NCBI GenBank assembly: GCA_965652295.1
Contig: CBFGTS010000004.1
Location: forward strand, 64,001 to 128,000
Source: an uncultured Haloferula sp.
GTDB lineage: Bacteria; Verrucomicrobiota; Verrucomicrobiia; Verrucomicrobiales; Akkermansiaceae
Length of the DNA stretch: 64,000 bases
Reading direction: 5' to 3'
Position numbers and translations under genes: made by a program. Positions within the stretch are counted from its first letter, which is position 1. Each line of letters starts with the position of its first letter. The notes beneath the pieces were generated by a model. It saw only the letters and a list, made by a program, of their open reading frames with translations, was not told where the DNA came from and did not search any database. Positions 47,925-56,166 of the stretch are shown piece after piece.

Positions 47925-49769
47925 ATGAGAGGGATGATCCGGATGGGACGAGCGATGGCGGTGTCGGGAATGATGGCGGTGACTCCTCTTCACGCATGGC
48001 AACCCGCGGAGACGCTCGACCGCGGGCTCGTGGCGGTCCGACAGGATGACGCGGTGTTCCTGAGCTGGAGGCTGCTGGCGAGCGATCCGGACGATGCGGC
48101 TTTCGAGGTTTTCCGGCTCGGCGGAGCAAAGCCGCTGCGGCTCTCGCCCGAGCCGCTGACCTCGGCCACGTGCTTCCTGAATCCTGAAGGCGGTGACCGC
48201 TATGTGGTCAAGCGGGCCGGGAGCGACGAACGGTGGGAAGTGGAGGTACGGGAAAGACCGTATTTCGACATCCCGATCGACCCTCCCGAGGGCTACCGTC
48301 CGGGCGATTGCTCGGTCGGGGATCTGGATGGCGACGGCCAGTGGGAGATCGTGGTCCACATGGTCGGCCGTGGCCGTGACAACGGATCGCCGGGAATGAC
48401 CACGCCGCCGGTGCTGGAGGCCTACAAGCTGGACGGGACCAAGCTTTGGCGGATCGACCTCGGCAAAAACATCCGGGAGGGGGAGCATTACACCCAGTTC
48501 ATGGTCTATGATCTGGATGGGGACGGCCGGGCCGAGGTGGCCTGCAAGACCGCGGATGGCAGCATGGATGGAAAGAGGAGAGTGATCGGAGACCCTGACA
48601 AGGACTGGAGGAACCTTGAGGAGGGCACGCAGCGATACGGGCGCATTCTGACCGGTCCCGAGTTTCTCACCGTCTTCGAGGGGAAGACCGGGGCCGCTCT
48701 TGCGACGACCGACTTCATTCCGGGGCGGGAACCGATCGGCGGCTGGGGGGGAGTCGGTGGAAATGGCGGCAACGACGTTTATGGCAACCGCTGCGACCGG
48801 TTTCTCGCCTGCGTGGCCTATCTCGATGGGGAGCGGCCGAGCCTGGTGATGACCCGCGGCGTGTATGGCAGGATCGTGATGGCGGCATGGGACTGGCGTG
48901 GCGGGGAACTGACTTCCCGTTGGGTTTTCGATAGCGGAAGCGGCCTTGGGCCCGATCCGTCACCTTTCGCCGGGATGGGCGGCCACTCGCTTTCCGTGGC
49001 GGATGTGGATGCGGATGGCAGGGACGAGATCGTCTTTCAGGCGATGACCGTGGATGACGACGGGCAGGGTCTGTACTCGACCGGTCGCCGTCACGGCGAC
49101 TCGATGCACGTCAGCGACTTCGATCCGCAGCGCCCCGGGATGGAGCTTTACCTGATCACCGAGAATGAAGATGACACCGTGCGCTGGCGGACGCCGGGTG
49201 CCGGCTTGCACGATGCCCGGACCGGCGAACTCCTGTGGAGCCACAGTCCCGGGGTGGACATCAGCGAGGGCGTGGTGGCGGACATCGATCCCCGCCACCC
49301 CGGAGCGGAAGTCTGGGGCGGGCCCGGCGGGCTGCGGACGATCAGGGGCAAGGAAATCGGGAGACGGCCGAGACTGTCTGAATGGGTGATCTGGTGGGAC
49401 GGAGACCTGCTCCGGGAGATCTACGGAGGATACCGTATTTTCAAATGGGATTGGGAAGAGCAGGTCGAAAAGGAGGTATTCGAAGCGGAGCGACCCTTTC
49501 CCGACCGGGGTCGGCGCTGGGGGTTCGGCGGAGCCCGGCCGAGTCTCACCGCCGATCTGATCGGGGATTGGAGGGAGGAACTGCTGCTGGTGGGTCCCGG
49601 GGCGAAATCCCTGCGTCTCTATACCACCACGATGCCGACCGATCACCGGATGGTCTGCCTGATGCAGGAGCGCCAGTACCGGCTTTCGGTGGCGTGGCAG
49701 AACGTCGTTTACAACAAGCCGCCGCACACCTCGAAGTTCATCGGGGAAAACGAGGTGCCGGGGGATTGA
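47925..49769 (+). CDS. Rhamnogalacturonan lyase, PL11 (YesW/YesX-like)
   Basis: LDRGLVA, SWRLL, DLGKNIREGEHYTQFMVYDLDGDG.AE, YGNRCDRFLA, AWQNVVYNKPPH. Start uncertain (47898-47954). Confidence 0.9.
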   Translation: MRGMIRMGRAMAVSGMMAVTPLHAWQPAETLDRGLVAVRQDDAVFLSWRLLASDPDDAAFEVFRLGGAKPLRLSPEPLTSATCFLNPEGGDRYVVKRAGSDERWEVEVRERPYFDIPIDPPEGYRPGDCSVGDLDGDGQWEIVVHMVGRGRDNGSPGMTTPPVLEAYKLDGTKLWRIDLGKNIREGEHYTQFMVYDLDGDGRAEVACKTADGSMDGKRRVIGDPDKDWRNLEEGTQRYGRILTGPEFLTVFEGKTGAALATTDFIPGREPIGGWGGVGGNGGNDVYGNRCDRFLACVAYLDGERPSLVMTRGVYGRIVMAAWDWRGGELTSRWVFDSGSGLGPDPSPFAGMGGHSLSVADVDADGRDEIVFQAMTVDDDGQGLYSTGRRHGDSMHVSDFDPQRPGMELYLITENEDDTVRWRTPGAGLHDARTGELLWSHSPGVDISEGVVADIDPRHPGAEVWGGPGGLRTIRGKEIGRRPRLSEWVIWWDGDLLREIYGGYRIFKWDWEEQVEKEVFEAERPFPDRGRRWGFGGARPSLTADLIGDWREELLLVGPGAKSLRLYTTTMPTDHRMVCLMQERQYRLSVAWQNVVYNKPPHTSKFIGENEVPGD

Positions 49770-49779
49770 GCCTGTCTTC

Positions 49780-50832
49780 TCAGGCCGTAGGGAAAAACCT
49801 CCGCTTCAAGGCGAAGGAAACGTGAACGAGGCCGATCAACGCAGGGACCTCGACCAGCGGCCCGACGACCGCCGCAAAGGCCACACCGGATTCGATGCCG
49901 AAGACCGCGATGGCCACCGCGATGGCCAGCTCGAAGTTGTTGCCCGCTGAAGTGAAGGCAACGCTGGCGGTGCGTGGGTAGTCGGCACCGAGCTTGGCTG
50001 CCATGACGAAGCTGATCAGGAACATCACGGCGAAGTAGATCACCAGGGGAATCGCGATCCGCAGCACATCCATCGGCAGCTTCACGATCGCATCGCCCTT
50101 GTAGGTGAACATCACCACGATGGTGAAGAGCAGCGCCACCAGAGTGAGCGGTGCGATCCGGGGAATGAACTTCGTCTCGTACCACGCCACGCCATTGAGC
50201 TTGGTCAGCACCAGCCGGGTCAGCATTCCGGCGAAAAACGGGATGCCGAGGTAGATCATGACCGAGGCGAAGATCTCGGACATGGCGATTTCCACCACCG
50301 CGCCCTCCAGCCCCACCAGAGGCGGAAGCACGGTGATGAACAGCCAGGCATAAGCGCCGTAGAAGAGGATCTGGGCGATGCTGTTCAGTGCCACCAGGCC
50401 GGCGGCATATTCCGAAGAACCCTTCGCGAGATCGTTCCACACCAATACCATCGCAATGCAACGGGCGAGACCGACGAGGATCAGGCCGACCATGTAGTCC
50501 GGCTGGTCGCGCAGCAGCAGGATCGCCAGCACCCACATCACCACCGGCCCGATGAGCCAGTTCTGCACCAGCGAGAGACCGAGGATGCGCGGGTTGGCGA
50601 AGACGCGGGGCAATTCGCCGTAGCGGACCTTGGCCAAGGGCGGATACATCATCACGATGAGCCCGATCGCCAGCGGCAGGTTCGTGGTACCGACGGTGAA
50701 GGGCGCGAAAAACGCCTCAGGATCCGCGATGAGGAAGCGGCCGATCAGGATCCCCATGGCCATGGCGGCGAAAATCCAGACCGTGAGGTAACGGTCTAGA
50801 AACGACATGCGCGCGGCGATGTGCTCGGACAT
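49780..50832 (-). CDS. acr3: ACR3 family arsenite efflux transporter
   Basis: [40 protein letters not shown]. Confidence 0.95.
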   Translation of the reverse strand: MSEHIAARMSFLDRYLTVWIFAAMAMGILIGRFLIADPEAFFAPFTVGTTNLPLAIGLIVMMYPPLAKVRYGELPRVFANPRILGLSLVQNWLIGPVVMWVLAILLLRDQPDYMVGLILVGLARCIAMVLVWNDLAKGSSEYAAGLVALNSIAQILFYGAYAWLFITVLPPLVGLEGAVVEIAMSEIFASVMIYLGIPFFAGMLTRLVLTKLNGVAWYETKFIPRIAPLTLVALLFTIVVMFTYKGDAIVKLPMDVLRIAIPLVIYFAVMFLISFVMAAKLGADYPRTASVAFTSAGNNFELAIAVAIAVFGIESGVAFAAVVGPLVEVPALIGLVHVSFALKRRFFPTA

Positions 50833-50845
50833 GATTCGAGAAGAG

Positions 50846-51265
50846 TCAGCGTTGATCGAGGCGTCCGTCGGCATAGGCCGTGAACACCTGCAGGATTTCG
50901 TCGCGCACCCGCCGGAACACGGCGAATTGCTCCTCCTCCGTGCCCTCGGCGTGCGCCGGGTCATCGAAGGGGTAGTGGTGCCGGTTCATCTGGCCGGGGA
51001 AAGCCGGGCAGGCTTGGTCGGCGTTGCCGCAGACGGTGATGACTGTTTCGACGTCCCGGTCGAGGAAAGTATCGAGGTGCTTCGAGGTATGGGCGGAGAT
51101 GTCGATGCCGATTTCGGCGAGGGCGCGGATGGCGAGCGGGTGGACGTAGCCTGCTGGCTTGGAGCCGGCGGAGGCGACTTCGAAAGCCGGGCCGAGCGCC
51201 CGTTGGAGGATGCCTTCGGCCATGTGGGAGCGGCAGGAATTGCCGGTGCAGAGGATGAGGATCAT
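50846..51265 (-). CDS. arsC: Arsenate reductase (LMW-PTP/thioredoxin type)
   Basis: [10 protein letters not shown]...DQACP, DDP. Confidence 0.93.
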   Translation of the reverse strand: MILILCTGNSCRSHMAEGILQRALGPAFEVASAGSKPAGYVHPLAIRALAEIGIDISAHTSKHLDTFLDRDVETVITVCGNADQACPAFPGQMNRHHYPFDDPAHAEGTEEEQFAVFRRVRDEILQVFTAYADGRLDQR

Positions 51266-51282
51266 GGGAGTGGTGGTGGAGA

Positions 51283-51759
51283 TCAGCAGCAGCCGGAACC
51301 GGGGGTGCAGAGGTTCTTTTGGCCGGGCAGGGGCGGCAGGCTGAAGTCCGGGATGCAGAGTTCCTTGGCGAGGCAGTCGGTGTGTTTCAGCCCGGTATGG
51401 AAACGGAGGACGTCATCGAGGACCTCGCAGCGGGTGATCGGAAGCTGCGTCAGCACGGGAGCCTCGTGCTCAATCTCCACGGGAAGTTCCGTACTTGGCA
51501 GCAGGCCGTCGGCGCGGTCGAAAATGGCGAGCAGTTTCAAGGCTTTGAGGCGGTGATCGGTATCCTCGGCAATCCACACCTGAAGCAGGCAGGAACCTAC
51601 GGTGTGGCGCTTGCCGCCGCAGTCGATGAAGGATTTGGCGAGGTGCCCGACTTCGGTGATGTGGAAATGGGCGGGCACGTCCGAGCCATCGGGAGTGGCG
51701 AAGATGATCCCGTGATCAGGATGCCCGCGGAGGAGGTCGAGGAATTGTTTCGTGGTCAT
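51283..51759 (-). CDS. DUF6428 family protein
   Basis: HFHITEVG...FIDCGG...TDCLAKELC...CTPGSGCC. Confidence 0.8.
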   Translation of the reverse strand: MTTKQFLDLLRGHPDHGIIFATPDGSDVPAHFHITEVGHLAKSFIDCGGKRHTVGSCLLQVWIAEDTDHRLKALKLLAIFDRADGLLPSTELPVEIEHEAPVLTQLPITRCEVLDDVLRFHTGLKHTDCLAKELCIPDFSLPPLPGQKNLCTPGSGCC

Positions 51760-51779
51760 GAGGAGAGAGGAAGGGGGGC

Positions 51780-52079
51780 TCAGCAGCCGCAGTCGGAGTC
51801 GCAGCCGCCGATGTCTTCGATGCAGCGGAGGAAGGTCGGGAGGCACTCGCAGGCGATCCGGTAGCGGACCTGTTGGCCGCATTTCTCGCAGTCGATCCAG
51901 CCCGCCTTGCGCATCAGGGTGAGGTGCTTCGAAACCGTCGACAGGTCGCCGCCGACCAGTGCCTGGAGCTCGGAAACGCAGCGCGGCCCGGCATTCAGCG
52001 CCTGGATGATCTCAAGGCGCGCCGGGTGGGCGAGGGCCTTGATGATCTGAACTTTGCGGTCGAGGCTCAGCGCGTTCAT
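51780..52079 (-). CDS. arsR: ArsR/SmtB family repressor
   Basis: KALAHPARL.I, CVSEL, STVSKHL, Cys-rich C-terminus. Confidence 0.9.
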   Translation of the reverse strand: MNALSLDRKVQIIKALAHPARLEIIQALNAGPRCVSELQALVGGDLSTVSKHLTLMRKAGWIDCEKCGQQVRYRIACECLPTFLRCIEDIGGCDSDCGC

Positions 52080-52081
52080 TA

Positions 52082-52116
52082 CTTGGCGAAAGTGCCAAGC
52101 TTGGCGATTTTGTCAA
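52082..52116 (-). promoter_or_regulatory. ars promoter with tandem ArsR operators
   Basis: Minus strand TTGACA-N16-CACTTT, overlapped by inverted repeats CTTGGC-N6-GCCAAG and (C)TTGGC-N6-GTCAA. Confidence 0.75.
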
Positions 52117-52125
52117 ATATCTTGG

Positions 52126-55100
52126 TCAGGAGCCGGTGTGGAAGCTCAGGACGGTCGAGCGGGTCCTGGTGCCGAGGGCATCGGTGGCTTCGGCGGTGAC
52201 GCGGTGGCTGCCGGCGTCGATTTCCCAGACGGCCTCAAAAGGTGCGGTGTCGTCGGTGCCGATGATGTCGCCGCTGTCTTCGTCGCGGAACTCGACGAAA
52301 GTCACCGAGGCTTCGGTGCCGCTGGGGGCGGCGGTGAGCCGGACTTTGAAATCGAAGGGGTCGCCGCCCGGGATCACGCTACCTGCCGGGGGAGGCGCGA
52401 CCGGGCTCTCGTTGGTGAAATAGGCCGTGAAGCGCCCGCCTGCGGGGTTGACGGTGAAGGTGGAAAGGCTGTCGGTGGTGAAAATCCCGCCGTCGGAGTC
52501 TTTCCAGTTGATGAAATTGTGGCCGGTATTGGCGAGGGCCTTCAGGGTGAAGGTGACGCCCTCGGGCATCTCGGTGGTGGGAGTGACCTGGCCGGCGACC
52601 GTGCTGTTGGCGCGGGTGACGATAGGGTACTGCGGCTTGAGCCCGTTTTCGAGATCTCCGACACGGGGATCCCCGGCGAGTTCGCGGAACCCGGCGGCGA
52701 CGAATTTCGCCATCATCAGTGCCCCCATCTCCTGGAAATGGGTGCCGTCGGAGTTTCCGGTGGGATAGTTCGGATACTCACCGGCAGGGTAGGTGTTGTA
52801 AAAGAAGCGGGAGTTGGAACCGGCCGTGCGGACGCGGAAGAAGTCGAAGGACTTCAGGTTGAGATCGATGACCGGAACGTCGAGGGTCGCGGCCACTTCC
52901 TTCATCCAGCCGGCGTAATTGTTGCTGGATTCGGTGAAGACGTTGCGCATCGTCGAGCCGTTCCAGGCGTTCATGACCATGGGCGTGACGAAGACCGGGG
53001 TGACATCGAGCGCTCGGGCTTCGGCGATGTACTGGGCGAGGTAGGTGCGGAATTCGGTCTCGGTGGTGTATCTCTCCGGTTTGGTCCAGTCGCGGTCGTT
53101 GTGTCCCCATTGGATGAGAAGGTAGTCGCCGGACTGCAGCTCGGTTTTCAGGGTGTCCCAGCGGCCTTCCACGATGAAGCTCTTCGAGCTGCGTCCGCCG
53201 ATCGCGCGGTTGTGGATGGTGATTCTGGCGGGGTCGACGAAGTGCTGCATCACCTGACCCCAGCCTCTCATCGGGTAGGCGCTTGCGCTGTAGTTGGCCA
53301 CGGTGGAATCGCCGATGATGAAGATGCGGGCGGTTTCGTAGGGGGTGATTTCGGTGGTTGCCACCCGGACTACCGGGCCGTCGGTGGCGAGGAAACGGGC
53401 GGTGACGTCGAGGGCGTCGATGTTGGCGAGGTCGTTGCCGTTGCTTTCGAGGCGGATGGTGTTGGTCGCGGCTTGGGCGAGAGAAACCACGACGTCCATC
53501 GTACTCCATGAGTTCCAAGCACCGGTGGGCGGGAAGGTGATGTCGCGGGCGATGCCGTTGACGCGCAGCACTCCGGTGCGCGGGCCGGTGGCACCAAGGG
53601 CGAAGCGGAAGCTCAGGGTCGCCGGGCCGCCGACGCCGCCATCAATGCCGGTCCATTCGATGAACGACCCGGTGGTGTCGAAATTGATGAAGCCGGTTCC
53701 GCCAAACCCGCTGTGGTTGCTTTCCAGGAACCCCTCGAAATCGACGTCCTCCGCCTGCGAGGTGGTGGTGACTTCATACACCTGAGGAAACGTGGTGGAC
53801 GTGGTGAGGCGGAAGAACTCCTGGGCCGGTCCGGTGGCAGGGGCGAATTCCAGAGGCTCGCCTCCTGGAAAGGTTCCGAGGGGCGTCCAGGAAGCGAGGT
53901 CGGGCGAGCTTTCGAGCGTGTAGTCGAGCTCGGTGCGGACCGCGGGCAGGGTGACGAGCGGGCCTGCCGGCTGGGGCGCGACTTCGAGGCGATGGCCTTC
54001 CGTCAGACCGAAGGCGTATTCCTCGAAGAGCGTCGGGCCATTGCTGTCATGATCGAGATCCGGCGGCGAATCGGCGGACAGGCCGCGGTCGGTGAGCCAG
54101 GTGGCAAAGCGGCTCGCGGTGGGGGTGGGCGATCCCGCCGGAGGGATCACGGTGATTTCCGGGACGGGGGCCGCGCCCATGCCCTCGGCAAGATAGTAGC
54201 CGGGATGGGGCGGCTGGTTGTAACCGACGTTCTGCCAGGCGATCGCCAGGCGATACTGCCGGTCGTGCATCAAGGTTGGCAGGCGGTGTGGAGTCGGGTG
54301 GATGGTCGAGTAGACGCGCAGGGCGGAGTTGTCGCTTTCCCGCCAGATGATCTCTTCGCGCCAATCGCCGAAGAGGTCGGCGCTGAGCGCGGGTGTGGCT
54401 TTGGAGCCATTGTTGGAGGAGATGCCGGTCGGCGAAAGCAAGTTGGCGGTGGCGCTGTTTTCCCAATCCCACTTGGCGATGGTGGTTCCGTTGAGGAGCT
54501 CGCGCAGCAGGTCGCCATCCCACCAGCAGAGGAAGTTCATCGAGCCCGGCCGGGTGGAGGCGATCTCGCTTCCCTGCATGTCGTGGAGATTGGCGCGGGA
54601 CGACCACGCTTCGAAGCCGGGGGTGCGAGGATCGATGTCGGCGGCGATGCCGCGGCCGATGTCGTCCGAGGCCGCGACGCCGAAGATGATCTCGCCGGTG
54701 GCCGCGTCGTGGAGTTCCGAGCCGTTTTCCCCGTAAGAACTTGGCGATTCGTGCACCATCCAGACTTCCATGCCCGGCCGTGTGGGGTCCATGTCGGAAA
54801 GATGGAGGGCGTCGCCGTGGGCGAGGCCGGTCGAGTAAAGCCCGCTGCCGTCGTCGTCGATGGTGCAGGCCCCGAAGACGATCTCATCGCGCCCGTCGTC
54901 ATCCACATCACCGACGGTGAGGCTGTGCGCCCCCTGCCCGGCGTACGCGCTGTTGCCGCTGACGTTGCTGTCGAAAACCCAGCGTCGCGTCAGATTTCCC
55001 TCCCGCCAGTCCCAGGCCACGAGGAAGGTCCGCGTGTAATAGCCACGGGTCATCACCAGGCTCGGGCGGGTGCCATCCAGATAGGCGGCACCCGCGAGGA

Positions 55101-56088
55101 AGCGGTCGATGCGGTTACCGTAGTTGTCGCCCCACACCTGCTGGATGCGGGAAGTGGAGGGCGAGGCGTTGCTGTTATCGGGATCGCGGAGAGGGACGAA
55201 ATTTGTTGAGACCAGTTCGGCTCCGGTTTCCCCATCGAAGAAGGTCAGGAACTCAGGGCCGGACAGAATGTAGCCGCCGCCGGTGCGGTAGTCGTCGGTC
55301 GGGGAAAACGAAGGTCGCGCGGGGCCGCCGGCGTCCTGCCAACGGACGGGATCGCCGATGGCTTGGCCGAGCCCATCGAGGGCACCCGGCGCGGTGCGGC
55401 AGGCGAGTTCAGCGCGGCCATCGCCGTCGAAGTCATAGGCGATGAACTGGGTGTAGTGGGCACCGGCGCGGATGTTCGGGCCGAGATCGAGCCGCCACAA
55501 CCGGCTCCCATCGAGCTGATAGGCGTCGATCAACACGCTACCGGTGTAGCCGCTCTGGGAGTTGTCCTTCGCATTGGACGGGTCCCATTTCAGAATGATC
55601 TCGTAGCGGCCGTCGCCATCAAGATCGGCCGCCGAGGCATCGCCAGCGGTGTAGGTGTAGTCTCCCACCAACGGATCGGAGACCGCCGCAGGTGGATCGA
55701 GCGGAATCCGCAGGTATTCGAAAGGAGCGCTTCCGGCAGGGATCGTGGCTGCCTCGCTGGTCTCGTCCGCCCGGCCCCCGGCGACGGCTCGCACGCGGTA
55801 ACTGATGGTGTGCGAGGAGTCGGCGGTGGGATCGATGTAGGAAGTTGGCCCGATGAGGGGGAAATCGGTGATCCGCTCCGCCGCGCCGCCATCGATGCTG
55901 CGGTACACGTGGAAGGTTGTCTCCGGCGGGTCGGTTCCGAGCAGCCGCCAGCCGAGCATCACCCGCCCGTCGTCGAGCCGCATGGCGATGAGGCCGCGGT
56001 CGAGAAACTCCATCTGATGGGCGGCATGCACTGTCGCGACGGAAAGGCAGGCCGCCGCGCAGAGGATCGGGCGGAGGGGGAGGAACAT
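52126..56088 (-). CDS. Multimodular PL11 rhamnogalacturonan lyase - internal FFRL module - CBM35 - CE12 rhamnogalacturonan acetylesterase - Ig-like domains
   Basis: PL11 motifs (NIRAGAHYTQF, AWQNVGYNQPPH); CBM35 (QAED...GFGGTGFINF...TGAWNSW); SGNH (GDST, GWGQ, GGRSS, GHND, DGTH). Confidence 0.9.
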   Translation of the reverse strand: MFLPLRPILCAAACLSVATVHAAHQMEFLDRGLIAMRLDDGRVMLGWRLLGTDPPETTFHVYRSIDGGAAERITDFPLIGPTSYIDPTADSSHTISYRVRAVAGGRADETSEAATIPAGSAPFEYLRIPLDPPAAVSDPLVGDYTYTAGDASAADLDGDGRYEIILKWDPSNAKDNSQSGYTGSVLIDAYQLDGSRLWRLDLGPNIRAGAHYTQFIAYDFDGDGRAELACRTAPGALDGLGQAIGDPVRWQDAGGPARPSFSPTDDYRTGGGYILSGPEFLTFFDGETGAELVSTNFVPLRDPDNSNASPSTSRIQQVWGDNYGNRIDRFLAGAAYLDGTRPSLVMTRGYYTRTFLVAWDWREGNLTRRWVFDSNVSGNSAYAGQGAHSLTVGDVDDDGRDEIVFGACTIDDDGSGLYSTGLAHGDALHLSDMDPTRPGMEVWMVHESPSSYGENGSELHDAATGEIIFGVAASDDIGRGIAADIDPRTPGFEAWSSRANLHDMQGSEIASTRPGSMNFLCWWDGDLLRELLNGTTIAKWDWENSATANLLSPTGISSNNGSKATPALSADLFGDWREEIIWRESDNSALRVYSTIHPTPHRLPTLMHDRQYRLAIAWQNVGYNQPPHPGYYLAEGMGAAPVPEITVIPPAGSPTPTASRFATWLTDRGLSADSPPDLDHDSNGPTLFEEYAFGLTEGHRLEVAPQPAGPLVTLPAVRTELDYTLESSPDLASWTPLGTFPGGEPLEFAPATGPAQEFFRLTTSTTFPQVYEVTTTSQAEDVDFEGFLESNHSGFGGTGFINFDTTGSFIEWTGIDGGVGGPATLSFRFALGATGPRTGVLRVNGIARDITFPPTGAWNSWSTMDVVVSLAQAATNTIRLESNGNDLANIDALDVTARFLATDGPVVRVATTEITPYETARIFIIGDSTVANYSASAYPMRGWGQVMQHFVDPARITIHNRAIGGRSSKSFIVEGRWDTLKTELQSGDYLLIQWGHNDRDWTKPERYTTETEFRTYLAQYIAEARALDVTPVFVTPMVMNAWNGSTMRNVFTESSNNYAGWMKEVAATLDVPVIDLNLKSFDFFRVRTAGSNSRFFYNTYPAGEYPNYPTGNSDGTHFQEMGALMMAKFVAAGFRELAGDPRVGDLENGLKPQYPIVTRANSTVAGQVTPTTEMPEGVTFTLKALANTGHNFINWKDSDGGIFTTDSLSTFTVNPAGGRFTAYFTNESPVAPPPAGSVIPGGDPFDFKVRLTAAPSGTEASVTFVEFRDEDSGDIIGTDDTAPFEAVWEIDAGSHRVTAEATDALGTRTRSTVLSFHTGS

Positions 56089-56166
56089 GGGTTTGCCAAC
56101 CAAGTTGACAGCGATCCCTTCTTTGGTCCTTCCCCCAAAAAGGTTAGCGCGGGAGATGGGCCGAGG

